Of a stretch of DNA of 64,000 bases, positions 27,690-37,772 are shown one piece after another. The DNA comes from Staphylococcus phage vB_SurM-PSU4, in the sequence record OL436245.1; one strand, 5' to 3'. The notes under the pieces are model-generated. The model had not been told where the DNA came from and did no database searches. It was given only the letters and a program-made list of their open reading frames with translations. Within the stretch, counting starts at the first letter, position 1, and every line of letters begins with the position of its first letter. A program made the position numbers and the translations under genes.

Positions 27690-27725
27690 GCTTTATCAGA
27701 AGCAGTATGTTATAATATAAATATA
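27690..27725 (+). promoter_or_regulatory. Promoter of the free-standing homing endonuclease gene (TTGCTT ... TGTTATAAT)
   Basis: A -35-like TTGCTT and an extended -10 TGtTATAAT are followed by an AAGGAGA RBS and the ATG at 27740. Confidence 0.5.
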
Positions 27726-27739
27726 AGGAGATGATATAA

Positions 27740-28675
27740 ATGAAACAAACAAACCAATTTACATTTAATAAAAAAGAAAGTCAGAAGATATGGGAAGAAT
27801 GGTGTATCAATCAGGGGTTAAAACCTTTAGTTACATATGAGAAATCTCAACAACCTTTTTATTTTGAATTTACTTCAGGTAAATTTAAAGGATTAGTAGG
27901 TAAAACATATTGGGCTAGTATAAAAAGAGGTTCAATAATGAGATTGAGTTGCTTAACAGAAGAGAGTAAAAATAAATATATTAAAGAATTAGGTAAAAGT
28001 AAAGGAATAGAAATTATAGAAGACTATAAAGGAGGTAGAAAAATAAAGCATAAGTTTATTTCAATAGATGGAAAATACAAAGGGTGTGAGGGACAAGTAA
28101 CCTTAAATGACTTAGAGAATATGAAATCTATAGATAATAGAAGTTTAACAATTAAAGGTAAAAAACAATATTTTGATTATAAAGCGAAACAAAGAGATTG
28201 TACAATACTAGAATATCCAGAAAATTATAATATAAAAACCAATGAAAAACTAATAGTAGAAGATAACAAAGGATTAAAACATGAGATAATAGTCCAAGAC
28301 TTTTTTGAGAAAAACTCTATATTAGAAGTTTCAAATTTTAGTGAAGGAGAAAAAATAGTTAAAGAAATACTTATAGAAAGAGGTATTGATTTTATCAAAG
28401 AGAAAGGATTTAAAAATAGTAAAGGTATAACACAGAGGTTTGACTTTTATATAGAATTAGGAGAAGAATTATTTGTAATAGAGTATAATGGTTCACAACA
28501 TTATAAAAAAGCAACGGGATACTTTAAAGATACATTAGAAAAAACTCAAAAAAGAGATGAGTTGAAAAGAGAATATTGTAAAAGAAATAATATATATCTT
28601 TTGGAAATACCTTATACTATTAAAGATAAAGAAAGTATAGACAAAGAGATAAAAGAATTTTTAGACCTAGATTAA
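27740..28675 (+). CDS. Free-standing homing endonuclease (zinc-ribbon repeats plus Vsr/DUF559-like nuclease motif), paralog of the two terL intron ORFs
   Basis: 311-aa protein with the C-terminus FVIEYNGSQHYKKATGYF...QKRDELKREYC...YLLEIPYT, very similar to the C-termini of 4562-5455 and 6065-7048. It has its own promoter and terminator. Confidence 0.65.
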   Translation: MKQTNQFTFNKKESQKIWEEWCINQGLKPLVTYEKSQQPFYFEFTSGKFKGLVGKTYWASIKRGSIMRLSCLTEESKNKYIKELGKSKGIEIIEDYKGGRKIKHKFISIDGKYKGCEGQVTLNDLENMKSIDNRSLTIKGKKQYFDYKAKQRDCTILEYPENYNIKTNEKLIVEDNKGLKHEIIVQDFFEKNSILEVSNFSEGEKIVKEILIERGIDFIKEKGFKNSKGITQRFDFYIELGEELFVIEYNGSQHYKKATGYFKDTLEKTQKRDELKREYCKRNNIYLLEIPYTIKDKESIDKEIKEFLDLD

Positions 28676-28696
28676 TTTCTAGGTCTTTTTTTTTAT
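28663..28696 (+). terminator. Rho-independent terminator after endonuclease gene
   Basis: agacctag-attaatttct-aggtct hairpin spanning the stop, followed by T9. Confidence 0.65.
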
Positions 28697-28826
28697 TCCT
28701 ATTTTGTTATATATATAAAATATGATATAATTAATATAAATAAGATAGAATAATATTATTGCGTGCTATATTAGATATGTAAAAGGAAAAAATTAATTAC
28801 TAAGAAGAGGAGAAAGTGTTTATATT

Positions 28827-29384
28827 ATGGCTGAAGAAAATAAAAAAGATTTATCTGAAATGACCGAAGAAGAGATAGATGAATTAAAATATAAAAAAGA
28901 TACTAAAGAAACAGAAGATAAAACAGAAGATAAAAAAGAAGAATCTAAAGAAGAGGATTCTAAAGAAAAAGAAGAAAAACAAAAACCTGTTTCTGAAATG
29001 ACTAAAGAAGAAATAGAAGAACTAAAATACAAACAAGAACAAGAAAAACAAAAAGTATTGGATAAAGTTATTAGGGGATATAATGATACGTTCATTAAAC
29101 ATTATGACTTTAGAGAATTAGGTTTAACATTCACAATTAAATTACACTTACCTAATATGATTGAACAAGGTCAAATTAATGCTCTACGCTCTAAATATCT
29201 TGGAGGTACGGATGTAGACCAACCTGCATATATTTATTATGCTTTTGAAATGTTAGCTACAATTCAAGTTGTAGGTGATGACGTTCCTAAGTATTTCAAG
29301 AATGAAGAAGACGTGTATAACCCTGCTCCATTAATTCAAATGTATAATGATTGGATGGAATTTCAATCAACCTTTCGTTACTAG
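28827..29384 (+). CDS. Tail assembly chaperone (upstream ORF of a frameshift pair)
   Basis: 185-aa acidic protein between the tail tube and tape measure genes. It overlaps the next ORF by 38 nt. Confidence 0.55.
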   Translation: MAEENKKDLSEMTEEEIDELKYKKDTKETEDKTEDKKEESKEEDSKEKEEKQKPVSEMTKEEIEELKYKQEQEKQKVLDKVIRGYNDTFIKHYDFRELGLTFTIKLHLPNMIEQGQINALRSKYLGGTDVDQPAYIYYAFEMLATIQVVGDDVPKYFKNEEDVYNPAPLIQMYNDWMEFQSTFRY

Positions 29385-29976
29385 AAGAGATATACAAGAA
29401 TTAGGTGGTATGAAGCATGTTGCGAAGAATAACTATGGACGTAACATGTGGAGAATCATGGATAAGTTCCAAGTACTACCTACAGATGAAAGATTCCAAA
29501 ATCTATCTCCTGACCAAATAGAGTACATATTTGCTAATATGGAAATGGATATGAAAGAACAACAAAGAATGGCTAAAGGACTTAAAAACACAGTTGAAGA
29601 TGATGATGATTCATGGTGGAATGAAGATTCTGAAACGTTTGACCCATTACGTGAAGACCATGATGAAGACGATTTAGCTAAACAAGTAGATGCTTTACTT
29701 TCTGAAACAGAAAGACGTAAGAAAGCAGAACGTATTAAAGCAGACGATTACTCAGAAGAAGAACAAGAAATGATTAAACAAAACCATCAAGATGAAGTTA
29801 GAGATTATATTAATAAACAACTCGAAGAACTTGATGATGAAGTAAGCAATGGAAAAACTAAAGAAGAAAAACCTTCTACAACAGTTCCAGAAGATATGAC
29901 TAAAGATGATTTAGAAAGTGCAATAAGCTTATTCAATGGTACAGAAGAAGAGACGGATGATTTCTTCGATATTTAA
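29347..29976 (+). CDS. Tail assembly chaperone extension ORF (probably expressed as a +1-frame fusion to 28827-29384)
   Basis: It has no RBS. It lies in the +1 frame relative to the upstream ORF, and that frame is open for more than 40 codons upstream of its ATG. The position is analogous to the gpG/gpGT pair. Confidence 0.45.
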   Translation: MIGWNFNQPFVTRRDIQELGGMKHVAKNNYGRNMWRIMDKFQVLPTDERFQNLSPDQIEYIFANMEMDMKEQQRMAKGLKNTVEDDDDSWWNEDSETFDPLREDHDEDDLAKQVDALLSETERRKKAERIKADDYSEEEQEMIKQNHQDEVRDYINKQLEELDDEVSNGKTKEEKPSTTVPEDMTKDDLESAISLFNGTEEETDDFFDI

Positions 29977-29977
29977 A

Positions 29978-30010
29978 GGTGGTGGTTAAAATCCACTACC
30001 TTATTTTTTT
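29978..30010 (+). terminator. Rho-independent terminator
   Basis: ggtggtgg-ttaaaat-ccactacc hairpin followed by a T-run. Confidence 0.6.
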
Positions 30011-30030
30011 AGAGAAGTGGTGGTAAACAA

Positions 30031-33000
30031 ATGGCAATGAATGAAACTTATAATTTAACCATAAATGGTGATGGTTCCAAGTTAAATAAGGAACTGGAGA
30101 CAATACTTACAAATTTAAAATCTATTGAAAATCAAAATATGTCTAAGCCTTTAAAAGACTATGAACAAAAGATTAGAAAAGCTGTAGATTTAAACAAACA
30201 ATTACAAAAGATAATGAGTAAAAACGAAGGTAATACAATTGTATCTTCTAAAGATATGAATAGTTCATTAAAGATAACACAAGAAATGACTAAACATATG
30301 AAAGACTTACAAGGTGTATTACAAGATGTTCAGAAGACTGGATTATCTAAAGGTATTAAAGCTGACTATGATATGTTGCATCAAACATTAAATGGTTTGA
30401 ATGGAACAATGAGTCAGACAATAAAACAACAAAAAGAGTTTAATAGTTTAAAAACAACAAGAGACCCTAACGTTCAAGCGATGATTAAAGATTGGGAACG
30501 TTTAGGTAAAATGCCTAAAGAATATAAACAGTCTATGAAAGAGATAGACAAAACAAAAGAAGCTAACAAGACTTTAAATAAACAAAGAAACAGAATTACA
30601 TCTGCAAATGAAAGAGAACGTAGAGATGGTAAATACTCTGCTAGAGATGGTGCAGAAGTAGCTAAAGCTTTAAACCAAGATTATGACCAATATAGAAATG
30701 AGCTTAAGAAAGCTAAAGCCTCTTTAAAAGAGTTAAGAAAAAAACAAGAAGATATTGCTAAAAATCAAGAGAAGACAAATACAGACTACTCAAGTAATAA
30801 AATTGGAAAAGAAGAACATAGAGAGCAAACAGCTTATAATTCTACCTTATCAAGTCAATACGATAAAGAAATTAAAGAGAGAGAAAAATATGTCTCTAAC
30901 TTAAAAAGTATGACTAACGACTTAGGTAAAACTGGAGCAACAAGACAACAATTTGAACAAGGAAGAGTAGCTAGAAGTCGAGATACGTTACTAGGTACTG
31001 CTTTAGAACGTGCACCATCCATCGCATCTCATGCTACTATGGGAGTAGGTGGAGCACTAGGTTTACAATACGCTCAAGGTAAAAGCTCTCTAGAAGGTAT
31101 TAGAGGGGAAGAAATAGCACTAGGACAACAAACAGGTGCAAGTGATTATTCTTCTCTAAGAAAAAACTTATTCCAAGCATCCGATGATAGAGGGTTAGGA
31201 TTTAAACCTTCTGAACTTGTTAAAATGTCTTCGCAAGCTATGCAAGCAATTGGAGATAAAGGATTACCAAACCAAGAAGAAATCACAACAGAACTAGCTA
31301 CAGGAGCTAGAGGTATGGGTGTAGCTGATACAGAATCTTACTTAAAATCTATGACAGATATTATGCACAGTGGTGGAATTGGTGATGATGTAGATTTAAA
31401 ACAATTCCAAAAAACAGTATCTGGCGGTATTAAAGAATCAGGTATGAAAGCCCAAGCAGATGAACAACTAAAAGCTTTATCTTCTATGTCTAATACAATG
31501 GGAGCTCAACGTGAACTTTCAACTGCTGATTTAAATTCTATTGCTAGTTTACAGGGTACTTTTGCAGAATCAGGTAATAAAGCATTACAAGGTGAAAAAG
31601 GTGCAAATGCTTTAAACCAAATCCAACAAGGTATTGCGGGAGCATACCAAGACCCTTCAATGAGAAATATAATGGGGTTCGGTTCTGAATACACAGGTGT
31701 TACAGGAGCATGGCAACAAAGAAAAGATTTAGGAGACCCTAGTAAACTAGGGGAGAACTTAAGTCAATTCATGGGATTCTATGGTACAGCAACACCTGAA
31801 CAAGAAGCTGCTACTGGTATGGGTCTCATGGATAATTTTGGACTTAGTGGACAACAAGCTGAAGAAATCATGAAGTTGTATGACAAAGGTGAATTATCTG
31901 AGGAAGAATTAGGTAAGAAAGTAAAAGAATACCAAGACTCTAGTGAGATAGACAAAAACAACAAAGACCAATCAGAACAACAACAAGGTAAAGATAACAC
32001 AACACAATCTAGACAAGAAGCTCAATCACAAGCTTTATATGAATCATTAGGAGCTTTAAGAAACTTCCAAGGAATGTTAGCTGGATTAAATCCAGTTTTT
32101 TATCAAATAATGGTTGCTGGAGAAGCACTAGCAGCAAGTATGGCTTCATCTGCTGCAATGATGGGTGGAGCTTATGGAATGAAACGTGCAGGAGGAGCAA
32201 TGAATAGAAGAGGTTCCTCTATGACTCGTCAAAGAGCAGATAAAGATAACAAATCAGGAAAAGGTACAAACTTAGGAGGTACTCCTAGAGGAAGAAAACG
32301 AGCAAGTGGAAAATCTGATGAAAAAAGCTCAGGTTCTAGTGGTATTGTAGATGGCGGAATGATGTCTGGAATGATGATGGGCGGAATGATGGGAAGCCCA
32401 TTTGGAGGTGGAGACACTCAAGAAGGTGGAAAACGTAAAGGTATGTTAGGTAAAATCGGTCAAGCAGGAGGACGAATGGCTAGATTTGGTATGATGCCTA
32501 TGATGATGGGTTCCATGATGAGTGGTGGACAAACCGATGGAGAAGGAAATCCTACAGGCGGTTCATCTATGGGTTCTATGGGTTCTATGATGATGCAAAT
32601 TATGGCTATGGAAGCTCTTATGAATGGTGGAATAGGTAAATTAGGAGACCTAGGTAAAAAAGGATTTGAAAAAGGTAAAGGTATCTATGGTAAAGGTAAA
32701 GACAGTTATAAAAAAGGTGGAACTAAACGACTAGGTAAAAGAGCTGGAATTAAATTCCTTAAAGGGGATAAAGCTTTAAGAGGATTCCCTAATATGGCTA
32801 AAGGTAAACTAAGTGATTTAGCTAAGTCCGAAAAAGTATCTAAAACTGAATCTATATTAGGTAAGGGTTTTGATAAATCTAAAGGATTTTCCCAAAAAGG
32901 ATTTGGAAAATTATCTAGCTTTGGTGGACAATCACCTACAGGTAATATGAGTAAAACTTTAGGTAAAGGTTCAGGTATGCTAGGTAAGCTAGGTAAGGTT

Positions 33001-34371
33001 GGTAAATTCGGTAAAGGAATACCTCTTGTAGGAGGAGCCTTAAGTGCTTTAGGAATTGGAAGTTCTTTAATGCAAGGAGATATGAAAGGTGCTAGTGGTG
33101 GTGTAGGAGCAACAGCAGGAGCTACTATAGGAGGAACTCTAGGTTCTGTAGTACCTGGAATAGGTACAGCTATTGGAGCGACTGCAGGAGGACTCTTAGG
33201 TGGTTCTGTAGGAAAACACGCTTATGACACTACTAAGAAAAACAATGAAGCTATTAAAAAAGGAAATATCGTTGGAAAAGGTGGACTTGTAGACTTTAGT
33301 TGGGGTAATGGAGATAAAGATGGTAAAGGTGGTTTCGGAGATTCTGTTGTAGGTAAACCTGTTATGGGAGCTATTAATGGAATCAAGTCACTCTTTGGTG
33401 GAGGAAATGAAGCTAAAGGTGGTGGCGGTGGAGGACAAGATTCCACTGGAATTGCAGGAGCTTATGATAATACTGAAAATTCAGGAGGACAAGAAAATAG
33501 TATCAAAGGCTCAGAAAATAAGAAGAAAAAAATGACTGCTGAAGAACTAAGACAGAAAAACAATAAATCTGAATCTGAGAATTTAAACATGTTCAAAAAC
33601 CTACTAACACGTTGGGAACAATCTATCCAAGAAGCTAAAGGTTTAGATGCTGGAGGAGATAGTGATTCAGAGGACTCAGGAGGCAGTGCATCAGACGTTG
33701 GAGGTAGTGGTTCTAAGAAAATATATAAATTCTTAAAATCTAAAGGACTATCTGATAATCAAGTAGGAGCTATTATGGGTAACCTAAAACAAGAATCTAA
33801 TCTTGACCCTAATGCTAAAAACCCTTCTAGCGGAGCTTTTGGTATAGCTCAATGGCTAGGTTCTAGAAAAACGGGACTAGATAATTTTGCTAAATCTAAA
33901 GGAAAAAAATCAAGTGATTTAGATGTTCAATTAGATTATCTATGGAAAGAAATGCAATCAGATTATGAGAGTAACAGTCTTAAAAATGCAGGATGGAGTA
34001 AAAATGCTAGTCTTGAGAAAAATACTCAAGCATTTGCTACAGGATTTGAACGTATGGGTGCACATGAAGCTATGATGGGTACTAGAGTTAACAATGCTAA
34101 ATCCTTTAAGAAAAAATATGGAGGTGGGGGAGGCGGTAAAGATTGGTCATCTGAACCATCTTACACAAATCGCTCCATGGCTACTTTACAAAGTCAGCAA
34201 GCAACAATGACTCAACCAACCTCAGGCAATACTGCTAACGTATCAGTAAGTATAAATATTAATGGCGGGGATAGTCCAGCAGAAACAGCACAAGCTGTTA
34301 GAGAGAGATTAGATAGTTACTTTGATTCAAGTGATTTTGATATTTTCCAAAATAACTATCGAAGAACATAG
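30031..34371 (+). CDS. Tail tape measure protein with C-terminal lysozyme-like (phage tail lysozyme/SLT-type) domain
   Basis: 1446 aa, with a coiled-coil N-terminus, a central Gly/Met-rich low-complexity region (GGMMSGMMMGGMMG...), and a C-terminal motif SSGAFGIAQWLGSRK typical of tail-associated lysozyme domains. Confidence 0.75.
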   Translation: MAMNETYNLTINGDGSKLNKELETILTNLKSIENQNMSKPLKDYEQKIRKAVDLNKQLQKIMSKNEGNTIVSSKDMNSSLKITQEMTKHMKDLQGVLQDVQKTGLSKGIKADYDMLHQTLNGLNGTMSQTIKQQKEFNSLKTTRDPNVQAMIKDWERLGKMPKEYKQSMKEIDKTKEANKTLNKQRNRITSANERERRDGKYSARDGAEVAKALNQDYDQYRNELKKAKASLKELRKKQEDIAKNQEKTNTDYSSNKIGKEEHREQTAYNSTLSSQYDKEIKEREKYVSNLKSMTNDLGKTGATRQQFEQGRVARSRDTLLGTALERAPSIASHATMGVGGALGLQYAQGKSSLEGIRGEEIALGQQTGASDYSSLRKNLFQASDDRGLGFKPSELVKMSSQAMQAIGDKGLPNQEEITTELATGARGMGVADTESYLKSMTDIMHSGGIGDDVDLKQFQKTVSGGIKESGMKAQADEQLKALSSMSNTMGAQRELSTADLNSIASLQGTFAESGNKALQGEKGANALNQIQQGIAGAYQDPSMRNIMGFGSEYTGVTGAWQQRKDLGDPSKLGENLSQFMGFYGTATPEQEAATGMGLMDNFGLSGQQAEEIMKLYDKGELSEEELGKKVKEYQDSSEIDKNNKDQSEQQQGKDNTTQSRQEAQSQALYESLGALRNFQGMLAGLNPVFYQIMVAGEALAASMASSAAMMGGAYGMKRAGGAMNRRGSSMTRQRADKDNKSGKGTNLGGTPRGRKRASGKSDEKSSGSSGIVDGGMMSGMMMGGMMGSPFGGGDTQEGGKRKGMLGKIGQAGGRMARFGMMPMMMGSMMSGGQTDGEGNPTGGSSMGSMGSMMMQIMAMEALMNGGIGKLGDLGKKGFEKGKGIYGKGKDSYKKGGTKRLGKRAGIKFLKGDKALRGFPNMAKGKLSDLAKSEKVSKTESILGKGFDKSKGFSQKGFGKLSSFGGQSPTGNMSKTLGKGSGMLGKLGKVGKFGKGIPLVGGALSALGIGSSLMQGDMKGASGGVGATAGATIGGTLGSVVPGIGTAIGATAGGLLGGSVGKHAYDTTKKNNEAIKKGNIVGKGGLVDFSWGNGDKDGKGGFGDSVVGKPVMGAINGIKSLFGGGNEAKGGGGGGQDSTGIAGAYDNTENSGGQENSIKGSENKKKKMTAEELRQKNNKSESENLNMFKNLLTRWEQSIQEAKGLDAGGDSDSEDSGGSASDVGGSGSKKIYKFLKSKGLSDNQVGAIMGNLKQESNLDPNAKNPSSGAFGIAQWLGSRKTGLDNFAKSKGKKSSDLDVQLDYLWKEMQSDYESNSLKNAGWSKNASLEKNTQAFATGFERMGAHEAMMGTRVNNAKSFKKKYGGGGGGKDWSSEPSYTNRSMATLQSQQATMTQPTSGNTANVSVSININGGDSPAETAQAVRERLDSYFDSSDFDIFQNNYRRT

Positions 34372-34418
34372 TAGGGTAAAACCTACTATGTATACATATA
34401 AAAAAGGAGTGACACTGA

Positions 34419-36857
34419 TTGACTAAAAGCTATCACGTAAGACGACCAAGATTCAGAGTAGAGGCTATTAACGATACTAATGCTGTATCTTTTGAATATG
34501 AAGCAAGAGCTTCAGCTACTGATAAAGAAAAAACAAGTCGTGCTATACAATTTCAAACAAAAAACTCAATGTCTGATGATAGTGCAGTATTCCAAATTAT
34601 CCTCTACGGAGATGTTCAATGGGATAGAGTGCTACAAGCAAATGATATTATTAAAATATACGTAATAGAAGATGAAACAATTATAGATGGAAAAGAGCAC
34701 TTAATACTAAACGGAATGGTAAGTCAAGTATCTACAGTTGGAGAACACTCTAATGATAAAGCAGTATACAGAGTAACAGGACAATCATTCTCTAAACCAT
34801 TTTTAAACTTTGGTTTAGGTATTATACAAGAAGTAAGTGCAGTTCTTTCTTCTAGTGTAGGATGGTTACCAGATGATAAAGAACATGGTATTGAATTTAC
34901 TGGTAAAACAGCAAAAGAAGTTATGAACTCAGCTTTAGATAGATTTTTAGAATATATGAAATATGATTACTCAGGTGAGAATGGTAATGTAGATAAAACA
35001 CTTAAGAGTAACTTTACTAGAAACTTAGCTAGTTGGGAAGAATATGAAAACTTACAAGACCATTCAAACTTAATTAATTTTGACGGTAATTTCAAACAGA
35101 TGTTAGATTTAATTACTTGTAAACCATTTAATGAATTATTCTTTAGAAATGGAGAAGAAGGCAAGTCAGAATTAGTATTAAGGAGAACTCCATTTGACCC
35201 AAGTGATTGGAGAAGTTTAGAAATTGTTCATGAAGACACTGGAAGATTAATTAATGAAGACTTAGGTAAATCTGATGTTGAATCATACGCAGTATTTAAC
35301 GTTGTAACACCACAACAAACTAAAGAATTATCTTCTACAGTATCTTCTAAACCACAAACTCATAGAGCTTTAAGAAATAGGTATGGATATAAGAAACTAG
35401 AAGCAGAATACATGTTCTTACCTATGACTGATTCAGATAGTAACTCTGAAGAAGGAGATAGTCAAGAAAATGACGATAAAGGTAATGTTGAAATAACATA
35501 CGACCAAATATTTAACGAACTTGAAGACTTAGGACAAAAACGTGTTTCTAGAGATAAAGATGGAATTGTCAAGAGAATGTCTTCTAAATATAGAGGATTA
35601 GATAAACCTAAAGCTAAGAAACTTGTAGAGAAATATATTAAAACAAACAGTTTACCTCCTGAATACTTCCAAGAAGTAACAGGAATAGACCCTAATAGAA
35701 AAGTAACTGAAGATGCAATTAGTAAATTCCCTTCAGCAAAAGACGTACAAAGTTTTGTAGAAGGTAAATATCCTCAAAGTAAATTCAAAGAAACTTTTAA
35801 AGAAGATAGTGATTATAAGAAATTAACTAAAGCAATTAAAGAAAAATACCCTATGATTAAAGAAACACATATAGCACAATTAACAGCAGATTTTAAGAAG
35901 AAAAAAGGTGCTTTAACTTCAGATGACTATAAGAAGTTTACAGATAGAGCTAAACAAAGAGTTCAAAATGCTCAAGAAACAGGAGCAGCTGCAGGAGATA
36001 ATGCTTTTTCTATATTCTCTAAAAAACTATTTAATTGGTATCATGCAAACCAAAACTTCTCTAACGGTACACTAACAGTATTAGGTAGTGGAGATTATGA
36101 CTTAGGTAAAAGATTAATCATGCACAATAGACAGAATAATGAACGTTGGGAATATTATATAGAATCTGTTGAACATAACTTTGATATGCAACAAGGGTAC
36201 ACAACAACTCTAGGAGTAACAAGAGGTTTAAGAATGGAACCTAATGATAAAAATGAATCAGGTTCATCTAATAGATTTGCTTTCTTATGGGGTCAAAGTG
36301 TAGATTTCCTAGGAGGGTACTTAGGAGAGAAAACTTTAACACAACTTAAAGAAGAAGGTGTAGCTTCTAAGAAGAAGAAATCAGGTGACGGAGACGGTGG
36401 AAGTGAACATGGAGGAGGAACACTAGCAGGACTTAAAAAATATAAAGGTAAACTACCAACACCTAAAAACAAATCAAATACCTCATGGACAGCACCAGGA
36501 AACCCTAATAGAGGACAGTGGGCTAGAGAATGTACTTGGTATTGTTATAATAGACGACATGAATTGGGGTTAAGCACACCATTTAATGGAGATGCTGCTG
36601 AATGGATAGGAACAGCTAAATCAGCAGGAGTTAAAACAGGAAACACACCTAAACAAGGTGCAGTTGCTGTTTGGCAAAGAGGGGTAAAAGGTGGTTCAGC
36701 TCGATATGGTCACGTAGCTTTTGTTGAATCAGTATCAAGCGATGGTAAATCATTTCATTTGTCTGAATATAACTATGACACACCAAAAGGTTATGGAGAG
36801 AGAACAATACAAATGAGTTCACCCGAAGGGAAAAATGCTAAGTTTATTTACGATTAA
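34419..36857 (+). CDS. Tail-associated peptidoglycan hydrolase (C-terminal CHAP domain)
   Basis: 812 aa. The C-terminus has a CHAP signature (QWARECTWYCYNRRHELG ... AVAVWQRG ... YGHVAFVESV). Position after the tape measure gene as in Twort-like phages. Confidence 0.75.
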   Translation: MTKSYHVRRPRFRVEAINDTNAVSFEYEARASATDKEKTSRAIQFQTKNSMSDDSAVFQIILYGDVQWDRVLQANDIIKIYVIEDETIIDGKEHLILNGMVSQVSTVGEHSNDKAVYRVTGQSFSKPFLNFGLGIIQEVSAVLSSSVGWLPDDKEHGIEFTGKTAKEVMNSALDRFLEYMKYDYSGENGNVDKTLKSNFTRNLASWEEYENLQDHSNLINFDGNFKQMLDLITCKPFNELFFRNGEEGKSELVLRRTPFDPSDWRSLEIVHEDTGRLINEDLGKSDVESYAVFNVVTPQQTKELSSTVSSKPQTHRALRNRYGYKKLEAEYMFLPMTDSDSNSEEGDSQENDDKGNVEITYDQIFNELEDLGQKRVSRDKDGIVKRMSSKYRGLDKPKAKKLVEKYIKTNSLPPEYFQEVTGIDPNRKVTEDAISKFPSAKDVQSFVEGKYPQSKFKETFKEDSDYKKLTKAIKEKYPMIKETHIAQLTADFKKKKGALTSDDYKKFTDRAKQRVQNAQETGAAAGDNAFSIFSKKLFNWYHANQNFSNGTLTVLGSGDYDLGKRLIMHNRQNNERWEYYIESVEHNFDMQQGYTTTLGVTRGLRMEPNDKNESGSSNRFAFLWGQSVDFLGGYLGEKTLTQLKEEGVASKKKKSGDGDGGSEHGGGTLAGLKKYKGKLPTPKNKSNTSWTAPGNPNRGQWARECTWYCYNRRHELGLSTPFNGDAAEWIGTAKSAGVKTGNTPKQGAVAVWQRGVKGGSARYGHVAFVESVSSDGKSFHLSEYNYDTPKGYGERTIQMSSPEGKNAKFIYD

Positions 36858-36869
36858 GGAGGTTAGATT

Positions 36870-37772
36870 TTGGATACAGATATTAATAAAATAGTAGAGA
36901 TGTATATTAAAAATATATATGAATATGAAAAAGATTTTGATGAAGACACAATATTTGATAAACAAAAAGAGTTAGAACAAATAGCAGAAACAGATACAGT
37001 AGATTCAGCTTCACATTTAAGACCTTACTCTAATGTAGTTCAACAAATGATAATAACAAACACTAACTATGATATAAAAGAAATACAAACAGGATTATAT
37101 GAAGTGAATATTAAGGTAAGAACCTTAACACATACTTATGATGGTAAGAAGGCTGAATCAGAGCATACTGAACAAATAAAAGTAGAAAGAACACTTAAAT
37201 CAAGTTACTTTATAAGTTCCTTATCTTCAGACATACAACAAATATATGCTACCTATATGGATTACGAAGACCCACAACCTGAACTTAGAAAGTCAGAACA
37301 AGCATATTATGAATATATGATAGGTAATGTTAATTTAGATAATATATATTACATGTATAAAGGTTACCCATTCCAAAATCCATTAGTGAATGATGATAAA
37401 CAACTCCCTTGTGATTCATATAACTTTATCTATTGGCTATATTATAATGTAGACGTAGAATTAGAATATCCATTAAGAAGTGTTGATGTCTTGACAGGAG
37501 AGAATTTTAATACTATACTAGAAAAAGGTCATAAATACAAAGATGATATTTCAAAAATTAATGAAGGAGATTTAATATTCTTTGGTATTAATGATGATAA
37601 TGTAGGTATTTATATGGGAGATGGAGAAGTAGCGACTATTATAGGTTACTTCCCTATAGACGAATCTGGAAGAGTGAGAACTTATAAGTTAGAAGAACTT
37701 TGGGAAGCTTTTAACGGAAGAGTCATGAGATATAAAGACCCTATATTTGATTTTTATGTGGAGGGTAAATAG
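36870..37772 (+). CDS. Tail/baseplate protein (possible NlpC/P60-like C-terminus)
   Basis: 300-aa ORF with a C-terminal GDLIFFG...GIYMGDGEVATIIG motif. Confidence 0.45.
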   Translation: MDTDINKIVEMYIKNIYEYEKDFDEDTIFDKQKELEQIAETDTVDSASHLRPYSNVVQQMIITNTNYDIKEIQTGLYEVNIKVRTLTHTYDGKKAESEHTEQIKVERTLKSSYFISSLSSDIQQIYATYMDYEDPQPELRKSEQAYYEYMIGNVNLDNIYYMYKGYPFQNPLVNDDKQLPCDSYNFIYWLYYNVDVELEYPLRSVDVLTGENFNTILEKGHKYKDDISKINEGDLIFFGINDDNVGIYMGDGEVATIIGYFPIDESGRVRTYKLEELWEAFNGRVMRYKDPIFDFYVEGK

